Of a stretch of 32,000 nt of DNA, positions 16,682 through 25,990 are shown in pieces (positions within the stretch are counted from its first letter, which is position 1; each line of letters opens with the position of its first letter). The notes beneath the pieces are model-generated. The model was not told where the DNA came from. It did no database searches and worked only from the letters and a program-made list of their open reading frames with translations. The translations under genes were made by a program, and so were the position numbers. Origin of the DNA: Vibrio vulnificus CMCP6 (GTDB lineage Bacteria > Pseudomonadota > Gammaproteobacteria > Enterobacterales > Vibrionaceae); NCBI RefSeq assembly GCF_000039765.1, contig NC_004460.2:450001-482000 (forward strand). Direction: 5' to 3'.

Positions 16682-18504
16682 AACAGCTCTCTCTCTCCCG
16701 CCATCGATGGCCATGTATGGAATAACGCCCCAGTGGAGGAGAGCTTAATCAGTAGCCGTGTGAACGTGTTGACTTCAGCGAATTGTGAGAAGTAACTCGA
16801 TAGCACGTTTCCTAACAAAAAGATCTGTTCTCGAGACAAAATCTGATCGGAAATCGTTAAGGTGATTTCGCTGCCGTGGCAAAAACCGACCCGACCATTT
16901 TGCACCACACGCCCAGTCGTCATCTTTGTCGACATACCTTTAATTGAATCGATCAATGCTTTGGTTTCTGGCGAACCTCTAAAAGCCAGCAAGTTTAAGA
17001 TTTGCTTAAGCGTTTCCGCTCCTTGTTGATTGCAGAAATGATCCAATGTAATCAGTTTTGCAAACTGCCATCGAGTCGTCTCATCCATTTCGGCGCGAAT
17101 GGTTTCGGTTGGCGTGGTCAAGCAACGAACGCGACTAAAATTGTCCTGACTCTCGGGCAATGTGACCAAAGGAAGCCCTCCACCAAACGGAATTTTGGCG
17201 GGGAGATTACGATTGCAACACCACGTGTCGATCGACATCAACCAACTTTCTTTCGCATCGGGGGCAAACAATTGGTGCTTACGATCAACCAGTGATACGA
17301 ACACTTCCCGCCCGGGTTCATCAAAACCACCAGCCCAGTTTCTATCTTCTCTACGCATTAACCAGAACAGATCATATTGCGTTTGATAGTGGGTATGCGT
17401 CCCCGCATAGTAAGGGGGCAAGTTTTCGAAGACCTTATTCCAGTTTCTTAAAGTGACGTCATCAATACTGACCACTTCACTCGACTCTGGATCGCAGTGC
17501 TCTGGATGCAGTTGATATTCATATTCAGAGGCTTGCACCCTCATTGGCTTCATTTTCGCTTGATAAAGATTGACAACCGGAACCGCTCCTAAGGCGATAT
17601 TTTCGACAGAGACTTGTTTCTCCAACCAGTCGTTGCCCTCTGCAAAATAGAGCCAGATTTCCACTTTCCCTTGTTCGCTAGCGAGGACTGAGAGATCTAA
17701 GTCTGTCAGCTCAAAAAAGAGAAATTTTTCGGGGAAGTGCAAGTACTCGATCAATAGACGCGTGCCAGAAAAGCTACGCTTACTGTATGGAACCGCCTGT
17801 ATTTGGTCGTCGAAGCCCAATGAACGTATGTGACGTGGCGTGAGCTCTTTTTTGCATCGACCTCCTTGTACCAAGCTTAGGCCAATGCAGGATTGAAAAA
17901 TTTGTTGATAAAGCTGCAGAGCCGCTTGTCGTTGACCACTCAGATAGAATCGCAGGCATGAATCATCCAGAGTGGATAGGCTCAACTCAGCATTGTTCGA
18001 TTGAATTTCGAGTTTGAGCACTGACTTGGCAGCGAGCTCCATACGACATTCTGTGCCGCTAAAAGGGGCATTTTCAAACTGGGCGTCAGTGACATCAAAA
18101 GGATGAACTTGTGTGGCACAGCATGTTTTGAAGTCACACTCTTGGTATCCCGGTGCCGTGATCGTGACGCGTTCTCCTTTGGCCACCGTAAACGCCGACG
18201 ACGAAGAGGTCGTTCCTTTCAACTGCACAATCGACATTGACGGAATGGGGGCATGAAAATCGGGAAATAGCTGCCCAATTAACGCTTCGGTTAGCTGTGG
18301 AAACGCGTTATCCAAGCTTTGTCGTATACGAGCAGAGAGAAAAGCACACCCTTCGAGAAGCCTTGAGACATGAGGGTCTTCAACGACTTCATCATTCATT
18401 CGCAATCGAGCTGCAATCTTAGGGTATTGTTCCCCAAATTCATGGCCTTTATGACGCAAATACGCGAGTTCTCGATTGTAGTATTTCAGAAAATCTTCAC
18501 TCAT
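16678..18504 (-). CDS. tssF: T6SS baseplate protein TssF
   Basis: 608 aa, FLKYYNRELAYLRHKGHEFGEQYPKIAARLRM...DPHVSRLLEGCAFLSARIRQSLDNAFPQLTEALI. Confidence 0.95.
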   Translation of the reverse strand: MSEDFLKYYNRELAYLRHKGHEFGEQYPKIAARLRMNDEVVEDPHVSRLLEGCAFLSARIRQSLDNAFPQLTEALIGQLFPDFHAPIPSMSIVQLKGTTSSSSAFTVAKGERVTITAPGYQECDFKTCCATQVHPFDVTDAQFENAPFSGTECRMELAAKSVLKLEIQSNNAELSLSTLDDSCLRFYLSGQRQAALQLYQQIFQSCIGLSLVQGGRCKKELTPRHIRSLGFDDQIQAVPYSKRSFSGTRLLIEYLHFPEKFLFFELTDLDLSVLASEQGKVEIWLYFAEGNDWLEKQVSVENIALGAVPVVNLYQAKMKPMRVQASEYEYQLHPEHCDPESSEVVSIDDVTLRNWNKVFENLPPYYAGTHTHYQTQYDLFWLMRREDRNWAGGFDEPGREVFVSLVDRKHQLFAPDAKESWLMSIDTWCCNRNLPAKIPFGGGLPLVTLPESQDNFSRVRCLTTPTETIRAEMDETTRWQFAKLITLDHFCNQQGAETLKQILNLLAFRGSPETKALIDSIKGMSTKMTTGRVVQNGRVGFCHGSEITLTISDQILSREQIFLLGNVLSSYFSQFAEVNTFTRLLIKLSSTGALFHTWPSMAGERELL

Positions 18505-18974
18505 TTCGCTCTACTCAGTTTTATCCCTAGACTGACGGGCTCAACTTCCGAATCCATAACCAACTCCTGCTCGTTATTATCAATCATGCAGGTCGCCTTG
18601 ATTCTGAGTTTTAAAATTCGATCTAACGGATTTTTGTCTTCTGCAATGGCGACCGACACATAGTTGAGCCTAGGTTCATACTGTTGAATGGTTTCTTTCA
18701 CTCGTTGGCACAGAACCTGTTGCCCATCCGCGCTGCTAAATGGCATTGATGAGAAATCTGGCAAACCATATCGCAAGATAGACGTCTGTATTTCACGTAG
18801 CTCATCTGACAACGTCATCCAGTTGATACGGCTGTTCAGTAATGATTCAAGATCTCGTCTGAGTGAATCCATCAACGCATGTCGCGTTAATGGAAAGTCT
18901 CTATCAATGCTGCTCAGAGGATCACTGTCCGTCAATTTATCCATGAGGGATGGGACTAGACCTGTTTCACTCAT
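18501..18974 (-). CDS. tssE: T6SS baseplate protein TssE (gp25-like)
   Basis: 157 aa, SLMDKLTD...SLRRDLESLLNSR...LRYGLPDFSSM, located in the conserved operon between tagJ and tssF. Confidence 0.93.
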   Translation of the reverse strand: MSETGLVPSLMDKLTDSDPLSSIDRDFPLTRHALMDSLRRDLESLLNSRINWMTLSDELREIQTSILRYGLPDFSSMPFSSADGQQVLCQRVKETIQQYEPRLNYVSVAIAEDKNPLDRILKLRIKATCMIDNNEQELVMDSEVEPVSLGIKLSRAK

Positions 18975-19774
18975 TCAATCGTGGTTTCCACAGCCAAGGC
19001 GACTCGTTCTAATTGGCTCAAAGCCAGCGCATTGTCACCAACCAGCCACATCTTTTGCCCTTGACCGATGCAGTGATCCGTACCTAGAACATTTTTCCAG
19101 TCCGTTTCTCTGCCCAGTTTTTGGTTGCCACTTTCGGAATCTACGTACGTCATTGGGAAATGAGCTTCACCTTCGCCAAGTCCTTGAATATCGAACTCGC
19201 ATGGTCGCCATAGTGTTTCCAACATGTTGGTGGCGGGTTTGAGTTCCAAGTAATGGAGATGGTCCATCGGAACTAAGAAATAGTTACCTGCGGAAGAAAA
19301 GAGCTCAATGAAGCCCCCCAATCGATCATCGAGATCTCTCACATCATCATAGCGCACACCATTAATTTCAAATTGGAGTGCTTGACGGGATTGCTCTGCA
19401 CGCTCACACACCGAGATCAGTTCCTCATGGTTGTTCTCTTTTTGCGCCAAAATGAACTGAACAATCGTTTCACCCAGTTTTTCGGTACCCTCTATGAATT
19501 GCGCTGATGCGGCGCCTGCAAAAAAGTCCTTTCTTGCTTGAGCAGCTTTAACCAGATGACGAATTTGGCTTGCTCCGGGCAAATACTCAGGGAACAACTT
19601 AATGGACTGCATTAACTGTTCATCCGCGCGCTCAAACTCGCCCATGATGCATAGCAGTTCAATAAACTTGCTGCGAATAGTGGCGTTTTTGGGCGCCAAT
19701 TTGATTTCTTTAATCAGCGCTTGTTTGGCGAGTTCGAGCTCGCTTCGACTGAGGTGGTCTTGCCAATCTGACAT
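18971..19774 (-). CDS. tagJ: TagJ/ImpE accessory protein
   Basis: TPR-like N-terminus (ELELAKQALIKEIKLAPKNATIRSKFIELLCIMGEFERADEQL) followed by an ImpE-like region (RWRPCEF-like LWRPCEFDIQGLGEGEAHFPMTYVDS). Start at MSDWQD within ORF 18971..19792. Confidence 0.85.
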   Translation of the reverse strand: MSDWQDHLSRSELELAKQALIKEIKLAPKNATIRSKFIELLCIMGEFERADEQLMQSIKLFPEYLPGASQIRHLVKAAQARKDFFAGAASAQFIEGTEKLGETIVQFILAQKENNHEELISVCERAEQSRQALQFEINGVRYDDVRDLDDRLGGFIELFSSAGNYFLVPMDHLHYLELKPATNMLETLWRPCEFDIQGLGEGEAHFPMTYVDSESGNQKLGRETDWKNVLGTDHCIGQGQKMWLVGDNALALSQLERVALAVETTIE

Positions 19775-19784
19775 GTTTATTTCC

Positions 19785-21278
19785 TTATACAATATGCTCA
19801 GGAGACAACTCCGTAATCAACTTGATCGATGAAACCATTTGATCCAGTTGAAAATGGGGCCGTAGGTGGATCACCGAATAATATTTTCCTGGGCTACCTA
19901 GCTTTTCAGTGACTTTTATTTTGGCTTCGTTAAGCGGATATTTTGCTCTCAGTTCATCCGAAGCCTCATCAGACGCAGTGGTATATTTATGAAGCCACGC
20001 CTGAAAATCTCGTTCTATCGATTGGGCATCTTGATAGCTGCCAATCCGATCTCTTCCCATCACTTTTAAATAGTGAGCAATTCTTGAAACACATAAGGTG
20101 TATTGCAACATCGAAGACAAACGTGCATTTACACTCGCTCCCTTGGAAGCAAACTGCTGAGGTTTGTGCAAAGAGATGTTCGACGTAAAGCTAACAAACG
20201 GCGTTTCAGCGACGGGAGACAGAGGGATAAATCCACAATCTGCCAACTCTTGCTCTCTTTTTTCCGTTATTTTTAAGTTGAGAGGTGCGCGATATCGCCC
20301 TCCCTTTCCTGGTAAATCAACCTGACATAAAGAAGGAGGCTGGATAATGCCTTGAGAGTAGTCCCCTGTTTTATGTCCACGTATGTGTGTAAACCAACCA
20401 TGCTCTTGAAATGCTCTAACAATGACCGCGGCAAAGGAATAGGCGGCATTTCCCCACAACAAATCTTGGTGCGAATCTCGAACTCGTTCGTTATAAACAA
20501 ACGAATCCGATCTCGAGCCGTCACTTTGATATGGCTGACGATACAAAAGGTTGGGTAGCGTTAAACCAATAAACCGAACATCTTCTTCGGCTCGTAGTCG
20601 TTTCCAACTCACGTATTCATTTTGCTCAAATTGGGCATAGACGTTCGTCATCGACGCGATGTTTTCAAAGTAATCTGAACCAAAAACACTCGGTTCGACC
20701 GACATAATGAAAGGGCTAAACGCCGCTGCTGCCGACTGCGCAATTTTCCTTAATATGTTGATTTCTCTTTCAACCACCATGGCGTTTTGACCGCCACAGA
20801 GATAATAGTCGCCAATCAATAAACCAAACGGCTCTCCCCCTGGCATCGAGTATTCGTTTTGATAGACCAACTTAAACAGCGCGGATTGATCGAACTCTAT
20901 CGCTCGCTCACTGTCTTTCTTCAGCTCTTCCCATGTACAAGATAGGACTTTGACCTTTACAAGCTCTCCGGCATTGTGATCTTTCTGCTGCACAAGGTAA
21001 TTTAAGCCTCGCCACGTCGCTTCAAGCTTTTGCATTTGTCGGTGATGAAGAATCTCATCCAGTTGAGCGCTCACTTCCCTATCAATCGATTCAATGGCAC
21101 TGATGATGCTGTGAACAAACTCTTGTTTCGTTTTCGCTCCAGAAATCTCAACCCAATAGCTCACCATCTGCGTCATCGTCTTGGCATCAAGAAAATGCGC
21201 CATCCAAATACCATTCTCCAAAGCAGACTCTGGTGTCGGTAAATCGTGGGAAAGTTGCTCAATTTCGATGAAATTCAT
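19785..21278 (-). CDS. Second TssC/EvpB-like sheath family protein
   Basis: [38 protein letters not shown]...EYSMPGGEPFGLLIGDYYL, homologous to the adjacent TssC. Start at MNFIEIEQL (21278), not the ORF-track start at 21392. Confidence 0.88.
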   Translation of the reverse strand: MNFIEIEQLSHDLPTPESALENGIWMAHFLDAKTMTQMVSYWVEISGAKTKQEFVHSIISAIESIDREVSAQLDEILHHRQMQKLEATWRGLNYLVQQKDHNAGELVKVKVLSCTWEELKKDSERAIEFDQSALFKLVYQNEYSMPGGEPFGLLIGDYYLCGGQNAMVVEREINILRKIAQSAAAAFSPFIMSVEPSVFGSDYFENIASMTNVYAQFEQNEYVSWKRLRAEEDVRFIGLTLPNLLYRQPYQSDGSRSDSFVYNERVRDSHQDLLWGNAAYSFAAVIVRAFQEHGWFTHIRGHKTGDYSQGIIQPPSLCQVDLPGKGGRYRAPLNLKITEKREQELADCGFIPLSPVAETPFVSFTSNISLHKPQQFASKGASVNARLSSMLQYTLCVSRIAHYLKVMGRDRIGSYQDAQSIERDFQAWLHKYTTASDEASDELRAKYPLNEAKIKVTEKLGSPGKYYSVIHLRPHFQLDQMVSSIKLITELSPEHIV

Positions 21279-21322
21279 ATCAATATGAGGGACTGGCTTG
21301 TTATGCCAGCCCCTAGTCTCTC

Positions 21323-22816
21323 TTATCCGCCAGACTGAGGGATTTTCGCTACCAAACGGAGAGACGTTGTGAGCTCTTCCATTTGCAGCCAAGGCTTAAG
21401 CCACGCGACCGCGTTGTAAGCACCCGGTGCGCCAGGAACTTCTCTGACCTGCACTCGCGCATCCGCCAACGGGTATTTCGCACGGATCTCTTGACCACCG
21501 CCTTCCGACGCGTTGACGTAGCCAAGGATCCATCGATTTAGCCATGACTCAACGTCTTCTGCTTCCATGAAGCTACCAATCTTATCTCGCGCCATGACCT
21601 TGAGATAATGCGCAAAACGAGAAGTCGCCATCATGTAAGGCAAGCGCGCAGAAATCGCAGCATTCGCAGTGGCATCTGGCGAATCGTATTTGGCTGGTTT
21701 TTGGCAGGTTTGCGCACCAAAGAATACAGCGTAGTTGGTATTCTTATAGTGACATAAAGGCAGGAAGCCCAGTTTACCTAACTCGGATTCACGACGGTCA
21801 GTAATGCCAATTTCGGTCGGGCATTTCATATCTGGATCGCCATCGTCACTCATAAAGAAGTGCGTTGGCAGATTGTCGACACGACCACCACCCTCAGCAC
21901 CACGAATTGCCGTGCAGAATCCATACTTGGCAAATGCGTCAGTGAGCTTCGCTCCCAGTACATACGACGAGTTCATCCAGCAGTAGTCGTTGTGCTGCGC
22001 ATTCACGGCAATTCCGGTGGTTTCGTCTACGGAAAACTCTTCAAAACCAAACTCTTCGACTGGCGATGTCGCTTGTCCATAAGGAAGTCGAGCAAGGACT
22101 TTCGGCATCGTCAAGCTGACAAAGCGTGAGTCTTGGCTTTCACGGAATGCGCGCCACTGAGTGTACTCGAGCGACTCAAATACTTTCTCTAAATCTCTAG
22201 GCTTCGACAATTCCGTCCATTCGTCAAAACCAAACAACGCAGGTGAGGCGGCAGAAAGGAATGGAGAAAAACCAGCTGCCGCAACATTCGACATAAGACG
22301 CAGCGTTTCAATATCTTCTGGATGATTCGTAAATTCATAGTCACCAATGATCGCACCATATGGCTCACCACCAGCACTACCGAATTCTGATTCGTAGACT
22401 TTCTTAAAGACCTGGCTTTGATCGAACTCCACTGCTTTACTCAAATCTTTGTGCAGCTCTTTCTTGGTCATACTCACCATACGAATCTTTAACGTGGAGC
22501 TCGTTTCCGAATTCATCACCAGATAATTCAACCCACGCCACGTTCCTTCCAACTTTTGCAACTCAGGGTGATGCATCACCGCAGACAGCTGTTCGGAAAT
22601 CTTTTTGTCCAAAGCGGTAATGGCTTCACGAAACGTCACGGTTAGGTTTTTATTCCACGTTACCGTACCTTTTAAAGCTTCTTCTGTTAATGTTTTGATT
22701 AACTCTTCTGCTCTCGACGCTTCCGTTTGTTTGGTCGCGCCAATCGCTTGTTCTAAGAAGGAAAAACTCTGGCCTTCAACGGTGGGGTCTAATTGTGTTT
22801 CAAGCTGTGTTGTCAT
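21323..22816 (-). CDS. tssC: T6SS sheath large subunit TssC
   Basis: 497 aa, [74 protein letters not shown]. Confidence 0.96.
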   Translation of the reverse strand: MTTQLETQLDPTVEGQSFSFLEQAIGATKQTEASRAEELIKTLTEEALKGTVTWNKNLTVTFREAITALDKKISEQLSAVMHHPELQKLEGTWRGLNYLVMNSETSSTLKIRMVSMTKKELHKDLSKAVEFDQSQVFKKVYESEFGSAGGEPYGAIIGDYEFTNHPEDIETLRLMSNVAAAGFSPFLSAASPALFGFDEWTELSKPRDLEKVFESLEYTQWRAFRESQDSRFVSLTMPKVLARLPYGQATSPVEEFGFEEFSVDETTGIAVNAQHNDYCWMNSSYVLGAKLTDAFAKYGFCTAIRGAEGGGRVDNLPTHFFMSDDGDPDMKCPTEIGITDRRESELGKLGFLPLCHYKNTNYAVFFGAQTCQKPAKYDSPDATANAAISARLPYMMATSRFAHYLKVMARDKIGSFMEAEDVESWLNRWILGYVNASEGGGQEIRAKYPLADARVQVREVPGAPGAYNAVAWLKPWLQMEELTTSLRLVAKIPQSGG

Positions 22817-22827
22817 TGTGCAGTCCC

Positions 22828-23340
22828 TTACTCCGCTTTCTCTTCTTGGCCTAACTTGAGTTCATCAGCCAATTTAGATAGGTTGTCGGTGTTGTTCAAA
22901 ACCGCTTCAAGCACGTTTTCTAGTTCTTCTGAACGGTCAACTTTGGTCATTAGGTCACGCAATTTGTTGCGTGTGTCCATTAATTGACGAAGCGGATCAA
23001 CTTGTCTAACAATCGAGGCGGGTTCGAAATCCTTCATCGATTGGAACTGCAGATTGACCGCAAATTCCGTTCCGTCATCCACCATCGTGTTTTTCACTTT
23101 AAACTCCACTGATGGACTCATTTTCTTGAGTACATCATCAAAGTTGTCTCGATCAATTTGAATAAAGCGACGGTCTTTTAGTGGTTTGAGGGCTTCAGTA
23201 TTTTGGCCAGCAAAATCCCCCATCACACCCACTACAAACGGAAGTTCTTTCTTCAGTGATGTGCCTTCTGTTTCAACATCATAGGTAATATGAACACGTG
23301 GCTTCCGTACTCGCGATAATTTCGAGTGGATACTAGTCAT
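22828..23340 (-). CDS. tssB: T6SS sheath small subunit TssB
   Basis: 170 aa, [40 protein letters not shown]...[25 protein letters not shown]. Confidence 0.96.
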   Translation of the reverse strand: MTSIHSKLSRVRKPRVHITYDVETEGTSLKKELPFVVGVMGDFAGQNTEALKPLKDRRFIQIDRDNFDDVLKKMSPSVEFKVKNTMVDDGTEFAVNLQFQSMKDFEPASIVRQVDPLRQLMDTRNKLRDLMTKVDRSEELENVLEAVLNNTDNLSKLADELKLGQEEKAE

Positions 23341-23356
23341 ATCGTTCTCCCTTTAA

Positions 23357-24490
23357 TTACTCATTTTTGTCTGCTATGCCAACCAAACGGAAATAGCCTT
23401 TCTTGGCGTCTCCATCGGAAATAAGCTCTGCCAGGAGTTCTGGCAAAGACATTCCACACCATCGAATCACTTGTTCAATCGTGTATGAAACGGGTGAATG
23501 CGGTTCTGTTTCACGAAAAAAATCAGCCACTCGTTGCAAATGCACTATGGCCTGTTCACGAGAGTGCATATTTGCGGCCAATAACTGAAAATTAGCTTCG
23601 CCCTGCCCTCGTCCATCGATCTCGCCTTCGTGACTAGAAGCAGAGTGCGATGGTTCATCTGAATTCGTTTCTTTTGAAACCTTGATCATTTTGTCACTCG
23701 CCAAATGCATAATTGCCGAGTGTATTGCATCTAATTTTCGAGAAATGTAGGAACTTGGGGTGACTTCTTCACACGCACTATCCAAAGCCTGTGAAAATCG
23801 TTCAAAAGAACTTATCGCTCTATTTAGATCCTCTATCAGTCTTTGGTAGAACTGACTGCTCGACGATTTGACGGCTTGGGTAATGTCAGATAACTCAGGG
23901 ACACCCTGATCGCGTTTGGCTCGTTTCTTGTCCTCATCACAGCGCTCCAAGTCCAAAGCTTGTTGATACTCCCAATACGCATAAGGTTGTTCTAACAGCC
24001 CTTCGGTCATGGGTATGCACGATAACGGAAAAATGAGCGTCCCCTCATTATCGATGCCATTCAGGCCGATGATGGGCGAAATTCTTGTTTCTAGGCCATC
24101 TTCATCCGGCATTGGATACAGATCTGCCCAATAATTTTCTAAGTAGTAGGTGGCCAGCTCATAGCCAACCGCCATTCCTTTAAAACCATCAAGGCGAGTT
24201 AACGCTTCGATAAGCCATGCCACGTACTCGAGATCTTTGGTTTGTGACGTCAGTGCCTGCGGAACTTCATCAAGAAACACTTGCCAGAGGTTGGCATAGT
24301 TAAGAATAGGCTCTTCTTCAATAATGGCATTTCGCTCAATATTTCTCGCCTGCATTCTCTGGTCTTTCAGTCGGTAATAGAGTGACTGAGGCGTAATATC
24401 ACTTCTTGGATCCACACCTGCTGGCTGCTCGGCAGAAATTGGCAGTAAGGCCGGCTCAAACCAAGTGAACTCCTCATAGTGATGACTCAT
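23357..24490 (-). CDS. tssA: T6SS protein TssA (ImpA N-terminal family)
   Basis: 377 aa with ImpA-N-like sequence: LLPISAEQPAGVDPRSD...LWQVFLDEVPQALTSQTKDLEYVAWLIEALTRLDGFKGMAVGYEL. Confidence 0.9.
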   Translation of the reverse strand: MSHHYEEFTWFEPALLPISAEQPAGVDPRSDITPQSLYYRLKDQRMQARNIERNAIIEEEPILNYANLWQVFLDEVPQALTSQTKDLEYVAWLIEALTRLDGFKGMAVGYELATYYLENYWADLYPMPDEDGLETRISPIIGLNGIDNEGTLIFPLSCIPMTEGLLEQPYAYWEYQQALDLERCDEDKKRAKRDQGVPELSDITQAVKSSSSQFYQRLIEDLNRAISSFERFSQALDSACEEVTPSSYISRKLDAIHSAIMHLASDKMIKVSKETNSDEPSHSASSHEGEIDGRGQGEANFQLLAANMHSREQAIVHLQRVADFFRETEPHSPVSYTIEQVIRWCGMSLPELLAELISDGDAKKGYFRLVGIADKNE

Positions 24491-25284
24491 TACACCCTCC
24501 TTCTTGCATAAACTGGCACCGTTGCATCAGACGAATGAGACACGCCCTCTTGAACCAATTGCTTTTCTTTGGCCACTTTGATCAATGCGCACGTAACATT
24601 GTCATTTGCCCCCCGCACTAACGCAGCGTGAAGAAGGGCAAGACCTGACTGATTAACCGAGTCTGCACACATAATCTGATGTATTTCGCTATTACTAAGC
24701 TCTTTAGTCAAACCGTCACTGCAAAGGAGAAACTGATCGCCATGAAGCAACTGCCCCGACTGTTGGTCAATTCTCACCGTCTCTTCGACGCCAACCGCCC
24801 TCGTTATTACATTGGCTAAAGGATGCTTTTCTGCATCTTCTTCCGCTAGCAGTCCCTGCTCAACTAACTCCATCACTTGGCTGTGATCTCGTGTCTTTTG
24901 TACCAAGTGATTGTCTCTGAGTAGGTAAATGCGGCTATCACCAACCCACAGACAATGGAAATAACCGTCCTGTAAGAACAACAGCACAACGGTGGAACCC
25001 ATGGTTTTGCCATCGAGGTGAACTTGGGCGTACTGGAAAATTTCCCTATTGGCCACTTCGATCATCTGACGCAATTCATCGATGCCGAAATCTGGTGTGT
25101 CGAGAACAAATCTTTCAATGCGATCGACAAGCATTTGGCTCGCAACATCGCCAGCTGAATGCCCACCCATGCCATCTGCAACGACCCATACACGCCTTGC
25201 GGTCATATCCAACAACGCATCCTCGTTGTAAGGGCGGACTTTACCTGCGTGTGTCTTGGAAAATGTAAAGAAACTCCAACTCAT
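24490..25284 (-). CDS. pppA: PP2C-type Ser/Thr phosphatase PppA (T6SS post-translational regulation)
   Basis: VRPYNEDALLD...VWVVADGMGGHSAGDVAS...WVGDSRIYLLRD...LLCSDGLTKEL...GANDNVTCALI. Start MSWSFFTF (25284). Confidence 0.92.
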   Translation of the reverse strand: MSWSFFTFSKTHAGKVRPYNEDALLDMTARRVWVVADGMGGHSAGDVASQMLVDRIERFVLDTPDFGIDELRQMIEVANREIFQYAQVHLDGKTMGSTVVLLFLQDGYFHCLWVGDSRIYLLRDNHLVQKTRDHSQVMELVEQGLLAEEDAEKHPLANVITRAVGVEETVRIDQQSGQLLHGDQFLLCSDGLTKELSNSEIHQIMCADSVNQSGLALLHAALVRGANDNVTCALIKVAKEKQLVQEGVSHSSDATVPVYARRRV

Positions 25285-25294
25285 TCGATCACCG

Positions 25295-25990
25295 TTACCA
25301 ATTCCATTTCTGCCATTGCCCATCCAACATTGCGGCAAATTTGCCAATTTGAGGTAAACCATCCATGACGAGCATCATCGGCTCGATGGCATCATTACCA
25401 TCCGTCCACCAGTAGCACGGCTTAGGGAACTGCTGTCGAACAACATGAGAGAGCAAACTCATCACATTGGTTTCTGTATGTTCCTTAATAAAGAGGTTTT
25501 CTCCGCTCAGTTTCTTTTGGGAAACCGGTAACGTTTCTGCCGAAATAGCGTTAATTAACTCTGTACCGGACTGTAGATTCTGACTCCAAACGTCGAAGGT
25601 AAAATGGTCGTCCAGCACGGTTAACGCCAGATCTTGCGATTCATTGGCCCAATCTCGACAGCTCCAATAGCTCACGGCATCACCAAGAACGGGCCTGGCT
25701 AATGTAAAAAAGAAGTACCGTCCAGCAGCATCTACGCTAGGAATCATCGTTCCGATGATCGTGGCGTCATTGGTTACACCACTGTCCAATGCGAAATGCC
25801 AAATTGGCGCGTTTAGAAAATGGCTTTGCCATGTTTCCTGTAGCTGTTCTTTGCTAACGGCGATAATCGCCTGCTGCCAGTCGTGGAAAAGATCCGCAAA
25901 AGGTTTCGGCAAGTCTTGCTTGATAAAATCCCCTTTCGCAGGAATTTTGCCTATAAAGCCCCAGCTTGGTGTTATAGCGTTTGCGGACAT
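25295..25990 (-). CDS. tagF: TagF (ImpM-family) T6SS accessory protein
   Basis: 231 aa, WGFIGKIPAKGDFIKQDLPKPFADLFHDWQQ...GTMIPSVDAAGRYFFFTLA, typical ImpM/TagF. Confidence 0.92.
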   Translation of the reverse strand: MSANAITPSWGFIGKIPAKGDFIKQDLPKPFADLFHDWQQAIIAVSKEQLQETWQSHFLNAPIWHFALDSGVTNDATIIGTMIPSVDAAGRYFFFTLARPVLGDAVSYWSCRDWANESQDLALTVLDDHFTFDVWSQNLQSGTELINAISAETLPVSQKKLSGENLFIKEHTETNVMSLLSHVVRQQFPKPCYWWTDGNDAIEPMMLVMDGLPQIGKFAAMLDGQWQKWNW

